Below the pieces are notes generated by a model. The model saw only the letters and a program-made list of their open reading frames with translations. It was not told the DNA's origin and did not search any database. Source: Adineta vaga (Eukaryota; Animalia; Rotifera). From it: a stretch of 64,000 nucleotides of DNA. Location: positions 3,224,001 to 3,288,000 of the forward strand of contig CP075492.1 of assembly GCA_021613535.1 (NCBI GenBank). Direction: 5' to 3'. The position numbers were made by a program, and so were the translations under genes. Of this stretch, positions 11,501 to 24,043 are shown one piece after another (position 1 is the first letter of the stretch; each line of letters starts with the position of its first letter).

Positions 11501-13874
11501 ATTCTATTCACTGTAATTAAAATAATAAGAAAAGATCATTCTTACCCCAAAATTGAGTACGAGTTACATTCCAATAGATTCCATTCGAACCTAAAAATGA
11601 AATACAAAAAAAACGAAATTATTTTTAATATGTATACGTACAGGGATTAACCAATGAAGCTGCAGTAGCTAAAGAAAAACAAAAGAATATGTTATGTTTC
11701 CAAGTACTAATTAGAAAGAGAAAATTTCTTCGCAATTGAGTTCGATGGTATAAAAAGAAGAGAGGTCTGTTAATAGATGTTAATAGATTTTGTTCGTTTT
11801 ATAGAACTACTAAATGAGATATATTTCGGTCAGTCGAATATTGTGCCATTTTCTCATCTTTTATGTAAATCTATATTGACATAGGTAATTGCGATTCTTA
11901 AAAAAAACGGTCAGACATCAGCTCATCTCATTTGCGAGTGAAGGTAAGATCGTATGGGAATAACATTTTATTAGATGGGTCATTCATAGTATCCTTTGAG
12001 TCTTTACGATTCGGATGAACAGCTTTTAAAGATCAAGCTGTGAATTTGACCGATCACAAGCGAAGCGCGGGAAGAACTATGTTTCATATCACTTCGTCGT
12101 TCTGAACACCCAGTCATGAGGTCAGATGTTCGTAAAGGATGGCACGAAACGTAGTTCATCCGAAGCGATTTATGAATGATTGCTTTTTCTTCATTCAGTC
12201 TCGTCTACTTAGAGTCATACTTTTCATCGGTTTATACTAATTTCTTCTAAATATATATTAATCTATGTCGTAACTGATGAATTTGATTCTCGTCTCGTCA
12301 GAAAGTGTACCCTAAATTTTTTATTCTTACTGTCAAAAGATACCAACTATGTACTCTTACTAATAAAATATTTTCAGTCTTTTTACTTATCGGTACTGTT
12401 GATGTTGATGTTGACGTGGATGTTGATGTTGACGTGGATGTTGATGTTGATGTGGATGTGGATGTGGATGTGGATGTCGTGGAAATTGTTGTCGGTGCCG
12501 TAGATGCTGTGGATACTGTTGTTGATGCCGTTGATACTGTTGTCGATGCCGTTGATACTGTTGTTGATGCTGTCGATGCCGTTGATACTGTTGTTGATGC
12601 TGTCGATGCCGTGGATACTGTTGTTGATGCCGTTGATACTGTGGATGCCGTGGATACTGTTGTTGATACTGTGGATGCCGTGGATACTGTTGTTGATGCC
12701 GTGGATGCCGCTGATGCTGTTGATGCTGTTGATGCTAAGAAGTATAATATTGGGAAAAGAAAATTCTAGCGAACCTTATGAGATTAAAATATAGAAGGTA
12801 TTGAAGTCACTTCATGAGATTGTGTAGTAAGATCATCTATATCATAGGGTATTTTATCGCCGCGAGATACTCTGTTGGATGAGAGTATGAGATTGTGATG
12901 CATTAGTATTTGGATAGTTATTGGGAAAAATACCGATACAAATTGTATCTATAACCTTTCATTATTTGCAAAAATACATGTGAACGTGCTACTTTGACAT
13001 GCAATATTTTTGAGTTCAAATTGACTGTACGTCTATTGTGAAATCTCAAAAAGCTAACGAACTCTCAGTTTTCCTACAACTCGTCTGCTCTCATTAGAAT
13101 ACATTTTCAAGAATTCTAAAAGTGACCTTTGTAAGCAACACCATCGACTTCTCATTATGCCAAGATGTCCTTCTAGAGTTGCTTCACAAGAAAATATTAA
13201 CTCAAGAATTACATAAGGAATAACGGCGTAGAGAAAAACTCACTTTGTTTGAGGGTAACCGACTGCGCTAGGCAAAGATAAAAGCCGTATAAATAATCGA
13301 GACTATTCCAAACCGTGTAGGGCTCATTCTTTTCTATGCGGATTACAGTTCCGTATGTTACTCACTCTTTGCTGAGTCCGATGAAGCGTCCTTTTTCAAC
13401 AATATAATCGGTACAGCGACACTTGCAGCAATAATGCATATTCCAATAATGATTGCTGCGGCAGTTCCCAGGATGATCAGAGCCAATCTACGTCGTTTTC
13501 TTCTAAGAAAAATAATGTAAGATAAAGATAGTGTTAGAAATATTAAATATGAACCTTTTCGCGAGCCGTGATGGAATCGTTTCAAGAATATCGGTATTTA
13601 TTGTAATTTGAGACGATCGTGCCGTGCTCTAAACAGCATAAATATGAATATAAAAGAGGAACTACTAGGATTTATTCAGGACGATATGTCAGCATGACCT
13701 CAGTGAGACTTGCATCCTCTCCTACAAACATGAGATGAATCTAACAATATTTAAGAATTGATAGAAGAATCTGAATAAATCAAGGATAGACTAAACTTTT
13801 GTTTGGTATGAAAAAGAAAGTTTCAAAAGAAATAAGAACGATTTTACTTTTCTTGATTGAGTTTCTAAGGCCAT
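8546..13874 (-). CDS. Type II membrane protein: cytoplasmic tail, TM, Ser/Thr mucin-like stalk, NHL beta-propeller; multi-exon
   Basis: Phase-consistent GT-AG splicing links RRKRRRLALIILG...VPIILLKK (TM, ~13365-13502), a S/T-repeat exon (~12387-12735), small exons (~11642-11668 and ~11546-11590, CSNGIYWNVTRTQFWG) and NHL exons (~10303-10799, 8546-8961) with LSSPTGLFID, LYVSDTYNNRV and LYVADRTNSRVQ. The ATG at 13874 and the 5'-most exons are less certain. Confidence 0.8.
9082..9882. mobile_element. Non-autonomous hAT-type MITE (801 bp) in an intron of the NHL gene
   Basis: Perfect 17-bp TIRs CAGAGCTCCGCGGGACG / CGTCCCGCGGAGCTCTG; 8-bp TSD ATATATAC at 9074-9081 and 9883-9890; subterminal (GTCCC)n arrays at both ends. 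Confidence 0.92.
11267..11430. repeat. Telomere-hexamer hairpin element and a neighbouring half-element (intronic)
   Basis: GGTGGGGATGAGTG...ACCCACATCCACACCCTCAAG at 11267-11316, and CTTGAGGGTGTGAGTGTGAGT at 11409-11429. Confidence 0.6.
12395..12735 (-). repeat. Coding tandem repeats (6-, 9- and 21/30-nt units) encoding the Ser/Thr/Ala mucin-like stalk
   Basis: (GATGTT/GATGTG)n and GATGCCGTTGATACTGTTGTT units on the plus strand read as STASTASTTVSTASTT...TSTST on the minus strand, within a spliced exon of the NHL gene. Confidence 0.85.
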
Positions 13875-15817
13875 TGAGTTCAGATCGTCGACATCCCACA
13901 TACTACGTCTCTATATAACAATAAATCAATTCTAATTTATATCCATGATATAAAAGACTCTACTTACATTGGAGATCTTATATTGAGCCATACTTTGTTG
14001 AACAATTTGATTCACTTGTGTTGCTTGTATACGACAACAAAATATTTAATTAATACTGTTGCAGAAGAAAAGTATCGATTCTATATAGAGATGAAATTTT
14101 TCGTTTTTCTTCTTCTTATGAAATTAACTGTATTGTTTGATTGTCCGCAACAGTCAAACTGTTTCTTCAAGCATTTTTTCATTTTAAACGTCCTCAAGTG
14201 CATAAAAGTAAAATATTTCATATTTTGGTTCTACTTGATGAATTCACTGTATTTCTCCTTATACAACACTAAACGATTGTATGAATAATAAAAACATGAC
14301 AATTGCATCTTCGAACGCCAAAGAATATGAGAAAATTTCTTAGTAATGATGATTGTATTATATAGATGAATTAGTATTCACGCCTATTCAGTTTGAAGGT
14401 GAAATGACAATAATTATTATAAACTGAATTTGATTTGCACTAAAAAAACTTTTCAATTATTAATAATCGATCATAATTTTTAGAAAATTTGTAATTAATT
14501 CTGTTTTTAGAACTGTAGAACAATCATTTCATCTCATAGCAATCTTAAAGATCTAGATATGGATAAGAGTGAGATTATAATAAGCAACAATTTTTCATAT
14601 CTATATTTCCTCATTGCCAAGATCAGTAGCATTGTGCAATACAAACGTGCTAAATTTATAACTTCTATTCTTTTTGCATTGTTCAATTTATTGAAATTTT
14701 TTTAAATATATGCATCGGTTTCACTCTATTATGTCAATATTTATTTTATTTTAATCTTTTGTTTTCATTTAAATAAACATATGCAAAGAAGAAACGATCA
14801 CGTGTTTCTTTATAAAAAAATGCGTGACTATCGACTGACATTTTTTCTCACAGATTGGTTTAAAAAAACAAATAAAAATAAATGAATTTTCTGTTGTTGA
14901 TGGATTGGTATTCCAACATCGTTATTGTGTGAGTGTGCTTCTCATATATTTTTATATTCACGCCTTAATTGTTTATACATTGTCTATCAACATTTTTCAA
15001 ATGTATTATTCAGCAACAAGTAAAAGAATGAAGAATTACTTTTTTAATCGTTTATGTAAAATCATTTGATAAGAAGAAGAGATGAATCCAAAAATGATAT
15101 ATATCTTAATTTTTTACCGTTTCATTCAAACTATTTTTATATTGATCAGTGATGAACACATGAACACTTATCGAAACCAATATACCCTCTAAATCATTAT
15201 TAATTAGAGCAAATTTCTATCGAGTTTATTGAATTGATTCTTAATGTCAGGAGAAAAGATTGTTTTTATCTATTCATAATGTTTATAGTACAGATATCAT
15301 GTTCATAACCGGTGATACATATTTTGTTCGATTGTTATTCACTCCTCTTATATATTTCATTCTCAGATTCTTTCTCGCTCCGCCTCACGTGTGAAAGAAG
15401 TAGGCAGGCATTATTTCGTCCTGTGCTGTATGTGCTTCACCTTCTCACAATACAATTCACTGTTCTCTTTTGTTCTTACAGTATTTTGAGGGTGTGGATG
15501 TGAGTTAGAGTATGGATGGTTCTTACTGTACGGTTACCTTCACTTCACCGACTCGCATCCTTTTTGTTGTTGTATTGTGTTGTGCTCGTATATGCATTCG
15601 TTTTTTTTATTATTGACTAATCTCGTATGTTACATGAAGCCATTAAAATCAGAATATATTTAAAGGAACTTGAAACTGAGTGTGAATGCGTATATGTCGC
15701 CCGATGATTTATCTTTAAATAGGAATTGAAATCTGGATTGTGGTAGTTATTTTGTCGAACCCGCTCACACTCCCAAAAAACAGAAGCAGAAACTGAATAT
15801 ATTCGAAAGGAATATTT

Positions 15818-15877
15818 TTGAGAGTGAGCAATGGGTGTGGGTGGGTATATCTTCTTCACCCACACTCACACCCTCAA
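15818..15877. repeat. Telomere-hexamer hairpin element
   Basis: TTGAGAGTGAGCAATGGGTGTGGGTGGG-tatatcttctt-CACCCACACTCACACCCTCAA. A more degenerate copy lies at 15487-15560. Confidence 0.7.
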
Positions 15878-16145
15878 TCTCCAGTTCATTTCATCAAAAT
15901 CATTATCTACCTCCGCAATAATCCAAGTCTTTAATTTAAACTCATACATAGATGGCGGTCAGTATTCAAATTATCCCTATAATATTTTGTGAATTGCATT
16001 TTTATTTTCAGCCTGCCCTCTTGACATTGGCATAATAAATCTCGAGGAACGTCATCTACATATACGAATCACGACGATGAGATCATGGAACAAAATCAAA
16101 ATGTGTCATATTTAGTTTACTGAGAAGTAATGTATATGGTGATGT

Positions 16146-17959
16146 TTAGAAAATGATCAAAGCTAAAATAATAAATACTAAAAATATAGTTAATTTTGAT
16201 AGTTCAGTTTTTGAAGCATTGCCAATTGAACAATCATCAGTTTGACATATGGTACGACGTTGTACAGGCGTTTGAATTTCTGATGATTGAAGATAAAAAT
16301 CCCAGAGATTTTGACATTCGTTTTGTAGTAAATTTCTCGTCATTTGGAACTCACCAGATGTCATGATTTGGAGCCAATTATCTTCTGATAGACTGTATTG
16401 AGGCCAAACAGGTCTTATCGAGGTTGGAAATTTTTCATCAATATATGTATCATTTTGATTTGGATTTCCATGTACGATGAATCGAGTTGTGAACTGCTGC
16501 AGAGCTAATGATAATTCAATTTCAGCCGATGTGAAGATGTAATTTGAAAAGAATAAAGGTTGATTAAAGAAAAATTGAAGTTCAGTGCCATGTAGCGCAC
16601 GAGTTGCATTGGCATTTTTGTAAACATCATATAGATTTGTAGTCACATATTCAAAACTGTATACAAAGACAACGGCTTGTCCAACAGTATAAAACGAGCT
16701 GCTCTAGCTGTTGGACATTGAATTTGATAGGCTGAATAGGCATCAGAGACAGCCCAACGTGGATCATTAATAGATTGATGAGCATACTTTTCTTGTGAAT
16801 AATACATAGCAATTGTTTGTTTGAGAGATGATGGTTCTTCTACGAGCATAGCAGCAAGTGCTGGAGCATTAGCCCACGTTATCTCGGTATATGGTATAGG
16901 TAAACCGAGCGAGTTCGTGTACAGATTGGTTCCTAATTCACCAGCACCTGCTTTTCCTGCTAATGTCGGATACGATGGAAATTTACCTTGTAAAAATAGC
17001 TGTCGAGTTGTTTGTGTGAAAAAGTGGCCATCGTAATTCGGTAGAAATAGGATACCATCAACGATAGTAAATATTTCTAATGCTGATAATCGACGAAGAC
17101 AGTCCATTTGAGCAGAACCCGTTAACTTTGAACAACTTGTTGAGTTAATGACTTTTTTCCCACGTTCTTCCATATCCACTAATGTATTTGGCCCATCGAG
17201 ACTTGGTTCACATGCACCTGCATGCAAAATAATTTGTTGAAACAATTTATTTGATTCCGGATTTAAAAGGTGATAACAAACACTAATTGAACCAGCTGAA
17301 TGTCCTTCCAGAGTTATGTTTTGATTATTACCATTAAAATCGTCAATATTCTCATTTATCCATCTCAACGCCAATTGTTGATCTTTCAAACCGTAATTTC
17401 CCGACGATGCAATCGTTGTACGCTCCTCACTTAAGGCCGACAAAGCAAAAAATCCGAACACATTCAAACGATAATAAACATGTACGTAGATCATCGATTG
17501 ACTAACTTTAACGAGATTGTAACCTTGTGGATCAAAGTCAGTCGATTGAAAAGCTCCCCCATGAAGATACACAACAACTGGATATCCAGCGGCTGAACGT
17601 GGTGTACTTGATGGAACATAAATGTTAAGATAAAGGCAATCTTCAGAACCGGTTATTTTTGGTTCAACACCAAGTGGATCTTTTCGTTGAAAACATTCCG
17701 ATTGACGTTGTTTTGCATTATATTGGTTTAGTTTTGAGGTATATGGTTGTGGATCCATCCACCGAAGAGAATCAACTGGTGATTTGGCATAGGGAACACC
17801 GAGAAAACTATATACCTTATCGGTTGAATTATAATTTCCAATTATCGAACCAAATTGTGCTGATGTAACAGTAGCATTATTATCCAATACGGTTATTGTG
17901 CTAGTCACAGCACAAACAAATGTCATCAGGATGACAATGGATATGTTAACTGTTTTCAT
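16146..17959 (-). CDS. Secreted or membrane-anchored type-B carboxylesterase with a single-base frameshift
   Basis: Signal peptide MKTVNISIVILMTFVCAVTS; FLGVPYA, SEDCLYLNIY, HGG, GNYGLKDQ, nucleophile GHSAG, catalytic His in HGTEL, hydrophobic C-tail. The two ORFs join if one base is added to the A4 run at 16691-16694 (ARFYTVGQAVVFVYSFEYVTTN). Intronless. Confidence 0.85.
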
Positions 17960-18203
17960 TCTAATGATAACTAGAAGGTGTGTGTTTTTAAAAGAAAATA
18001 TCACAATGTGAGCGCAGATGTATTGAGAGTAATATCGCATCTCTTTTATGATGTTAGAAGGTTTATTTGATCAGAAGAAGAAAGAAACAGAACCAAAAAA
18101 TAACCAAAAGAAAGCGAATTCGTTATATCTTTGTTGAGTTGACTTTGACTCATTTGTCATAAAAAGAATTTTCGACAACAATGAAATAGCTATTAAATAA
18201 AAA

Positions 18204-18261
18204 CGAGGGTGGGTGTGGGTATAGGTGAAAGTATAAAATCTACTCCCACACCCACACCCTT
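18204..18261. repeat. Telomere-hexamer hairpin element
   Basis: GAGGGTGGGTGTGGGTATAGG-spacer-TACTCCCACACCCACACCCTT, between the Kelch gene stop and the esterase start. Confidence 0.7.
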
Positions 18262-18374
18262 TGGACTTTAGAAACAAGATAATTCTTAAAAGATCAGAAA
18301 GGAACAAAATAGTTTTCTTTCAAATACAACACTATACAACGAATAAGAAATCAATTTATTATTTCTTTGTTTGA

Positions 18375-20407
18375 CTATGGTTTATACAACTCGACACTAT
18401 TTAAATATCCTTGCCCACCAATGATTAGTACATTTCCATTGGTTAATACAGATGCTGTATGATGGCGTCGGCCATAATTAAGATTGCTCATAGTGGTCCA
18501 TGTTTGTGTCGACGGATCATATAATTCAGTACTGTTTAAATAAAAGCTGCTACCTATTCCACCAGCAACAAGCACCTTACTATCGGTTAACAGAGATGCT
18601 GTATGATAACCTCGAATAGCATTCATATTAGTGCCAATTATCCATGTACCTGTTGATGAATCATACAATTCAGTACTTGCCAAATATTTACTTCCATTAT
18701 ATCCACCAGTAATTAATACCTTTCCGTTTGTTAATAAAGACGCTGTATGAACATTTCGAGCCAAATTACCAGTACTTGTCCACATTCCTGTTGATGGATC
18801 ATACAATTCAGCACTTTTGAAATAAGTACTACCATCATTCCCGCCTGCAACTAATACTTTTCCATTTGGTAAAACCGATGCTGTGTGACCAACCCGAGCA
18901 GTATTCATATTACCAGTACTTGTCCATACACCTGTTGATGAATCATATAGTTCAGCACTAGACAAAACGCTTCCTGTTTGTCCACCAGCAACCAAAACTT
19001 TTCCATTTGCTAATACAGATGCGGAGTGACTATATCGAGCAATATTCATATTCGCAGTGTTTGTCCATACACCAGTTGATGAATCATACTGTTCAGCACT
19101 CTTCATATTACCTCCATTATATCCAGCAGCAATCAATATTTTTCCATTGGTTAATATGGATGCTGTGTGATAAGATCGATTAGAATTCATGTAACTAGGT
19201 GTTGTCCATGTTTGCGTTGAGAAGACATACAAAGCCGTATTTCTAAAATAAGTACTAAGAGTGTGACCGCCAGCAATTGAAACATTTCCATTTGTTAACA
19301 CTGTAGCTGTTTGTGAGCGTGCACCATAACTCATATTATCCATATTTAACCATCCTATTAAAAGAAAGGAAAAAAATAAAGATTTCTATTGATGGAAATT
19401 TGTGTGTTTAAGAAGGTCGCTCAAATGCTAAGTTAACTCTTGCCATCTGGATGGTGAGATTGAAGGTTCAAGAACTCTGTACGACTATCAAAAAAATTCT
19501 ACTAAATACGATATAAAGAGATGTGTTCAAGAGTATAGGAAGACAAAAAAAGAAGAAGGAATTGATCATTATAGTTCTCATGTATTACAAAATGAATGGA
19601 CAAAGAACTATCATGGGTGCGCAACTTGATATATCACTAGCGCAAAACAAAACAGTACATTACCTAAGCTGTGTGATGTGGTACTGGTTGACGTTGTTGT
19701 AGATGTTGATATCGTCACAGTTGTTGCAACTAGAAATATAAAAATATGTCAATATTTTGACAGAATTCTGATATGATGTATTAAGTTTAAGGATGTAATA
19801 TAGAATAAAAACTATTAATCATACCTGGTATCAGAGGACTAATGCATGTATTAGTTTGATTGGAACAAGTCAAACTCAAATCTTGTCGACAAGATAACAT
19901 CAAAGAAGAACAATTTAATCCAGCATAAACTTGATTGAGACATATGAAACCATTCCAGTATGTATGCAATGGACATTGACACGTACTATTGATACATTGA
20001 AGATATCGATTTTCACCAGCAGAACATTGATCAAATGTTTGATTGAATAATGTATAATGTTTTGAAGCAGTTGTTGTATCGTAGAGAATAGCACCTATTC
20101 TCGATGTTAATGAAGTCGAATTAAGAATAACAGTTCCAGTTGAAAACTCTCCTTCAAATAAACGACAAACTAATGATAATGAATCATAATCAAATGTTCG
20201 GCATTGACGATCTTGATTGCATTTCATTGAACATCGAAGTAGAGATGCAATACCGAGAAAACTACCTAACAATTCAAGAGGATCTCGAGGTTGGAATACA
20301 CTACCAGAGTTACTGAATTGAATAGAAGATTCAAAGAGCAAATTTCGTTGCTGATATACGGTAGGAAAATTTATGAAATATAGAGCGAATAGAAAAATGT
20401 ATTTCAT
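18375..20407 (-). CDS. Secreted PAN/apple + Cys-rich module + Thr linker + Kelch beta-propeller protein, 3 exons
   Basis: Exon 1 (20407-~19826): signal peptide, CSMKCNQDRQCRTFDYD...CRLFE (PAN), CQCPLHTYWNG..C. Exon 2 (~19730-19664): Thr-rich linker. Exon 3: seven R.xHTASxLxNGKVLxAGG..SAELYD..TGxW Kelch repeats. All phase-1 junctions are in frame. Confidence 0.88.
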
Positions 20408-21912
20408 CGTAGAAGAGTTAGTTATCTTGATTGAGAAAAATGAACAAAGTGAAATGAGTAGACTCTGATAGACATGTATATATATATAGTGTTTTTCTTG
20501 AGTATTTAGGTGATAGAATTATAATTGCGGAGGAATGAAAGTCCCATTATCATAATATTTGACGTCAACACCCTTATTGTGTGAAGAATAAATATGAACT
20601 GAAGTGCCTTTTCTTCTTATGACAGGACATTAAAGAAGCAATACTTATTTCCTTCATACCACTATACATCTTCACATCTCATTAATGCATTTCTAGTTTC
20701 CAGAATGGTTCTTTATCTTATCGCAATTCTCACTCATTAGCAGCAAACAGAGTGTCAGTCCATTATTATATTATCTTCTGCAAAATCTCGAAGTGTTCAT
20801 TTTTTAAACTAAAGATCTCACAGTTTCGATATTGTAAATATTTTGAAGGTATATATGTAGCAAATTATTCTGATACTGACACCCACTCGCAAAATGATGA
20901 CAGTGAAAAGATCGTCAGATCTAAGTGTGAACGTGATGGTAGTAGATTGGTGAGATTAATAGACTTTCTACTCATACTAACGTTCTCAAATATATATCGA
21001 CACTTGAATTTGGACGAACTTCTAAAATACTAGTTATAGTTAAGCGATATTTCGAAAGTGAAGGATATATAGATGAAATATATAATCTGCAAAATAACTC
21101 TTTCTATAGGTACTGTCGTCCATATCTGTGAACATAATCAAAACAGATTTGTTATCTTCATGCTCTTGTCACCATACCGCATGATATAGAGTTTAGAGAA
21201 CAATCAAATATGAGATAAGAATAGTATCAAGACGACGTGTATTCGAGAGCAAATGTGCGTATGAGTAGGTGGAAGTTAGAGAAGAAAATATATCACCACT
21301 TATCCTCAAGTCAGAAATATAGGCTTCAATTCGTCTGTTTCACTAAAAGATAGGTCAAACCGTTTGATTTCTTCGTTGAATGAGCAATTCTAAATTATCG
21401 ATCAAACATTCTCTTCTTCTACGTATAGCACAACATACAATTCCACATAACGTGTCATCGCTTATATAGCTCTGCAACAGATCCATTTGGACCAAGCGAG
21501 CGTGTCAATGACTTCTGAATGACAAACTGAAGAAAGCTCTGTGTTGTAAAAAGTTATTAGCAAAACAAATCTTTCAATTACGCAGCGCAGTTTCGCTGAA
21601 AATTTGTATTCCGTCTCATTTTCGTCAAAAAGCAACGTATAACCATCAACAATGACATCTTGACACATAACAACTGACTTAACATCGCTATTTATGAAGT
21701 TAAATGAACAGTCCCCTATAAAAATGTTCTCTGTTGGTGGAGAATTGATAAGTACTGAGAAATCATTCAAATCCATACTCGGCTTCCAGTTCATCGATAC
21801 ATGCTTGCCTACCGAACAGAGACACTTAAAAAGAAACAGAGAAAAGGAGCAAATAATCTCGTCAATGATTATAACACTTTTTTTCAACCTCTCCATTCAG
21901 AAGCAAGTTACT

Positions 21913-22230
21913 CCAGTCCAATTCATCCAAAGCTATTAATATTTTGGTATGAATGTATTTTAATTTCTTGCGTTTATTCATAAATGAACTATTTAATTTG
22001 AACGGAATATTGAAATTATCTTCTTTCTATGTTTTGAGCACGATTTGACAGTAAAATTCATCAGCTAGTGGCTAATCCTGGAGCCTTATCAAATAAGTCA
22101 AATCTTGATCTTGTTGTCTTCACTTGTCGTCCATGTTTTGGTTTGCTACAGCGATTATCATTGTCGAGACTTCTATTATCAATGGCACAAGTGTGCCAAG
22201 AGCAACATTGGCCCATATGTAAGACATCTC
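21913..22230 (-). pseudogene. Decayed fragment of a TM + coiled-coil gene resembling the N-terminus of rotifer pentapeptide-repeat membrane proteins
   Basis: One frame reads YIWANVALGTLVPLIIEVSTMIIAVANQNMDDK*RQQDQDLTYLIRLQD*PLADEFYCQIVLKT*KED...KLKYIHTKILIALDELDW, with several in-frame stops. The family resemblance is from memory only. Confidence 0.4.
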
Positions 22231-23054
22231 AGTTTACGTTTTCAGTTCTTTTCCAGCTAAGAAATTGAAATCAAGCAGGAAACAGTTTACCATGATCTTT
22301 TGTTAGATTATCAACTGTTTCTCTGTTACGCACGTCATTGTCAATATAATATTCTTGTAATTATTTCAAAAAAAGACATTTTTGTCCAGCTATTTCGAAA
22401 TTTTAACGTCATAGATATATGTCAAGTGGATTTTATGGAACTATGAATATATGCAGTTTTGCAGATCTGATTTTGCCCTATTTTTTTGGATGTTTTTCAA
22501 TTTAATTTTAATGATCATATATTCATTATAAAATAAACAAGAAAAATGTTCAACCATTAATGCAAGCTATTGAGAAAAGTAGCTGTCTTATTCATGCAAA
22601 AATCTATAAAACATTGAATACATAGATTTATTTTGATATGCTCTTCGTTTCGCAATGGTCAGAAAAAGATGATAGCACTTCTCTCGCTCGACGAAACGAC
22701 ATAATTTGATCAATGCTTTCATATGAATTGTATGTAGATATACTTAGTTTACGTAAGACGGTTCGAAAGTTTGTGACCATCTTTTACGAGTAATCACAGT
22801 CACAAAAAAGATCTATTGTTATACATAAATTAACAGTTATTAATATTCATATCCAACTGATATTTCAAAAAAATTATTTTTGTTTATCATCACAATTTTC
22901 CGATTGTCACAATAGAGGAACAGTGTAATTATGTCACCTGTACTCATTAAGATGGGTGAACCTATGTTATTCAGTTGATATGATCTGCTTATGCCAATAT
23001 ATTTTGTGATATAATTTACAACTACGGCTACTTCTATCCATAAATCATTGTCGA

Positions 23055-23390
23055 TGAAAGACTGACTGAAACATCATGTACTAATGGGATATTTTCATGT
23101 TGGTTAATAAAAATAGTTGATGGCAAAACTATATTTGATCTTAGATAATCAAGTTTTTTTTCCAATGACGAAGATCCGTTTCAATGAAATCATCTTGTTC
23201 TTTGGTTTTTTGTAATTGTTTGGCTATAGGATGAAGCCTTGTTGATAGATTTTGGATATGAGCAGCTACGAGTTGTGATAATTCTGTTGCTTTTTGTTGA
23301 ATCTTTTCAATTGATTTTATTTCCCAATCATTAGTTTGTTGAATAGCTGGTGGTATATTATGACGGATATTATCAATAGCGAAACAAACT
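23055..23390 (-). pseudogene. Fragment of a B-box/coiled-coil (TRIM-like) gene
   Basis: IQQTNDWEIKSIEKIQQKATEL...KQLQKTKEQDDFIETDLRHWKK, frameshift in an A-run, then LDYLRSNIVLPSTIFINQHENIPLVHDVSVS. This matches the coiled coil that follows the B-box in TRIM-like rotifer proteins. No start or B-box exon was found. Confidence 0.55.
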
Positions 23391-24043
23391 TGAAAAAAGA
23401 CTAGATTGTAAGTGAAATTTGATTCAAATGTGAGATTTAGTACTTTTCTCTAAGTCAATTTCTGAATATAGCTGCTCAATCAAAGATCACGGATTCAACC
23501 GGGAGTTAGCGCGTCCGCTTGCAGTATTTCAACTACATCTCCTCTCTACGGCATAATAGAGATCAGAAATTTTTACCAGACACACATTTATAGATGAGGA
23601 CACAACCATCCTATTCAACAAGGAATATGTCCTGAAAACGTATTATCTTGAAGGAGTGTGATGGAGAGTAGTATAATACTTTTTATTTATTATATAGATA
23701 TGTTCACATGTGAAAGAAACGATAAACAATAAAATTGTGATGAAAATATACAATGAATTTAAATCTAAGATGTAATCTAACATGGATTTCTTAGTAATTG
23801 GTTGATATCATAATTTTCCACATTGTAAAATAGAATTTAATTTTCTATCTCATCGAAATGAATGGAATTGGAAAGAGATATATTCGCAACTTCATAGCAA
23901 AATCCGTACAACGTTGCATTATAAATGAATAGATCTTTCATTAAGAACATTTAATTAAATCATTTTCACTTGCATTTCAGTGATTATCGCCAGCTATATA
24001 AATATTCATGATTATGAGATAGAGTGTTTGTTCTTTGACATCT

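Noticed and set aside
12274-12305. CTGATGA...GAAA hammerhead-like core (also CTGATGA-GAAG/CTTC at ~37346)
   Set aside because: The first lacks a proper stem II and stem III; the second lacks the GAAA. Neither forms a complete hammerhead.
12305-12794. (VD)n/(VDA)n ORF and Leu/Met-rich ORF on the plus strand
   Set aside because: Antisense readings of the Ser/Thr stalk exon, which has in-phase splice sites on the minus strand.
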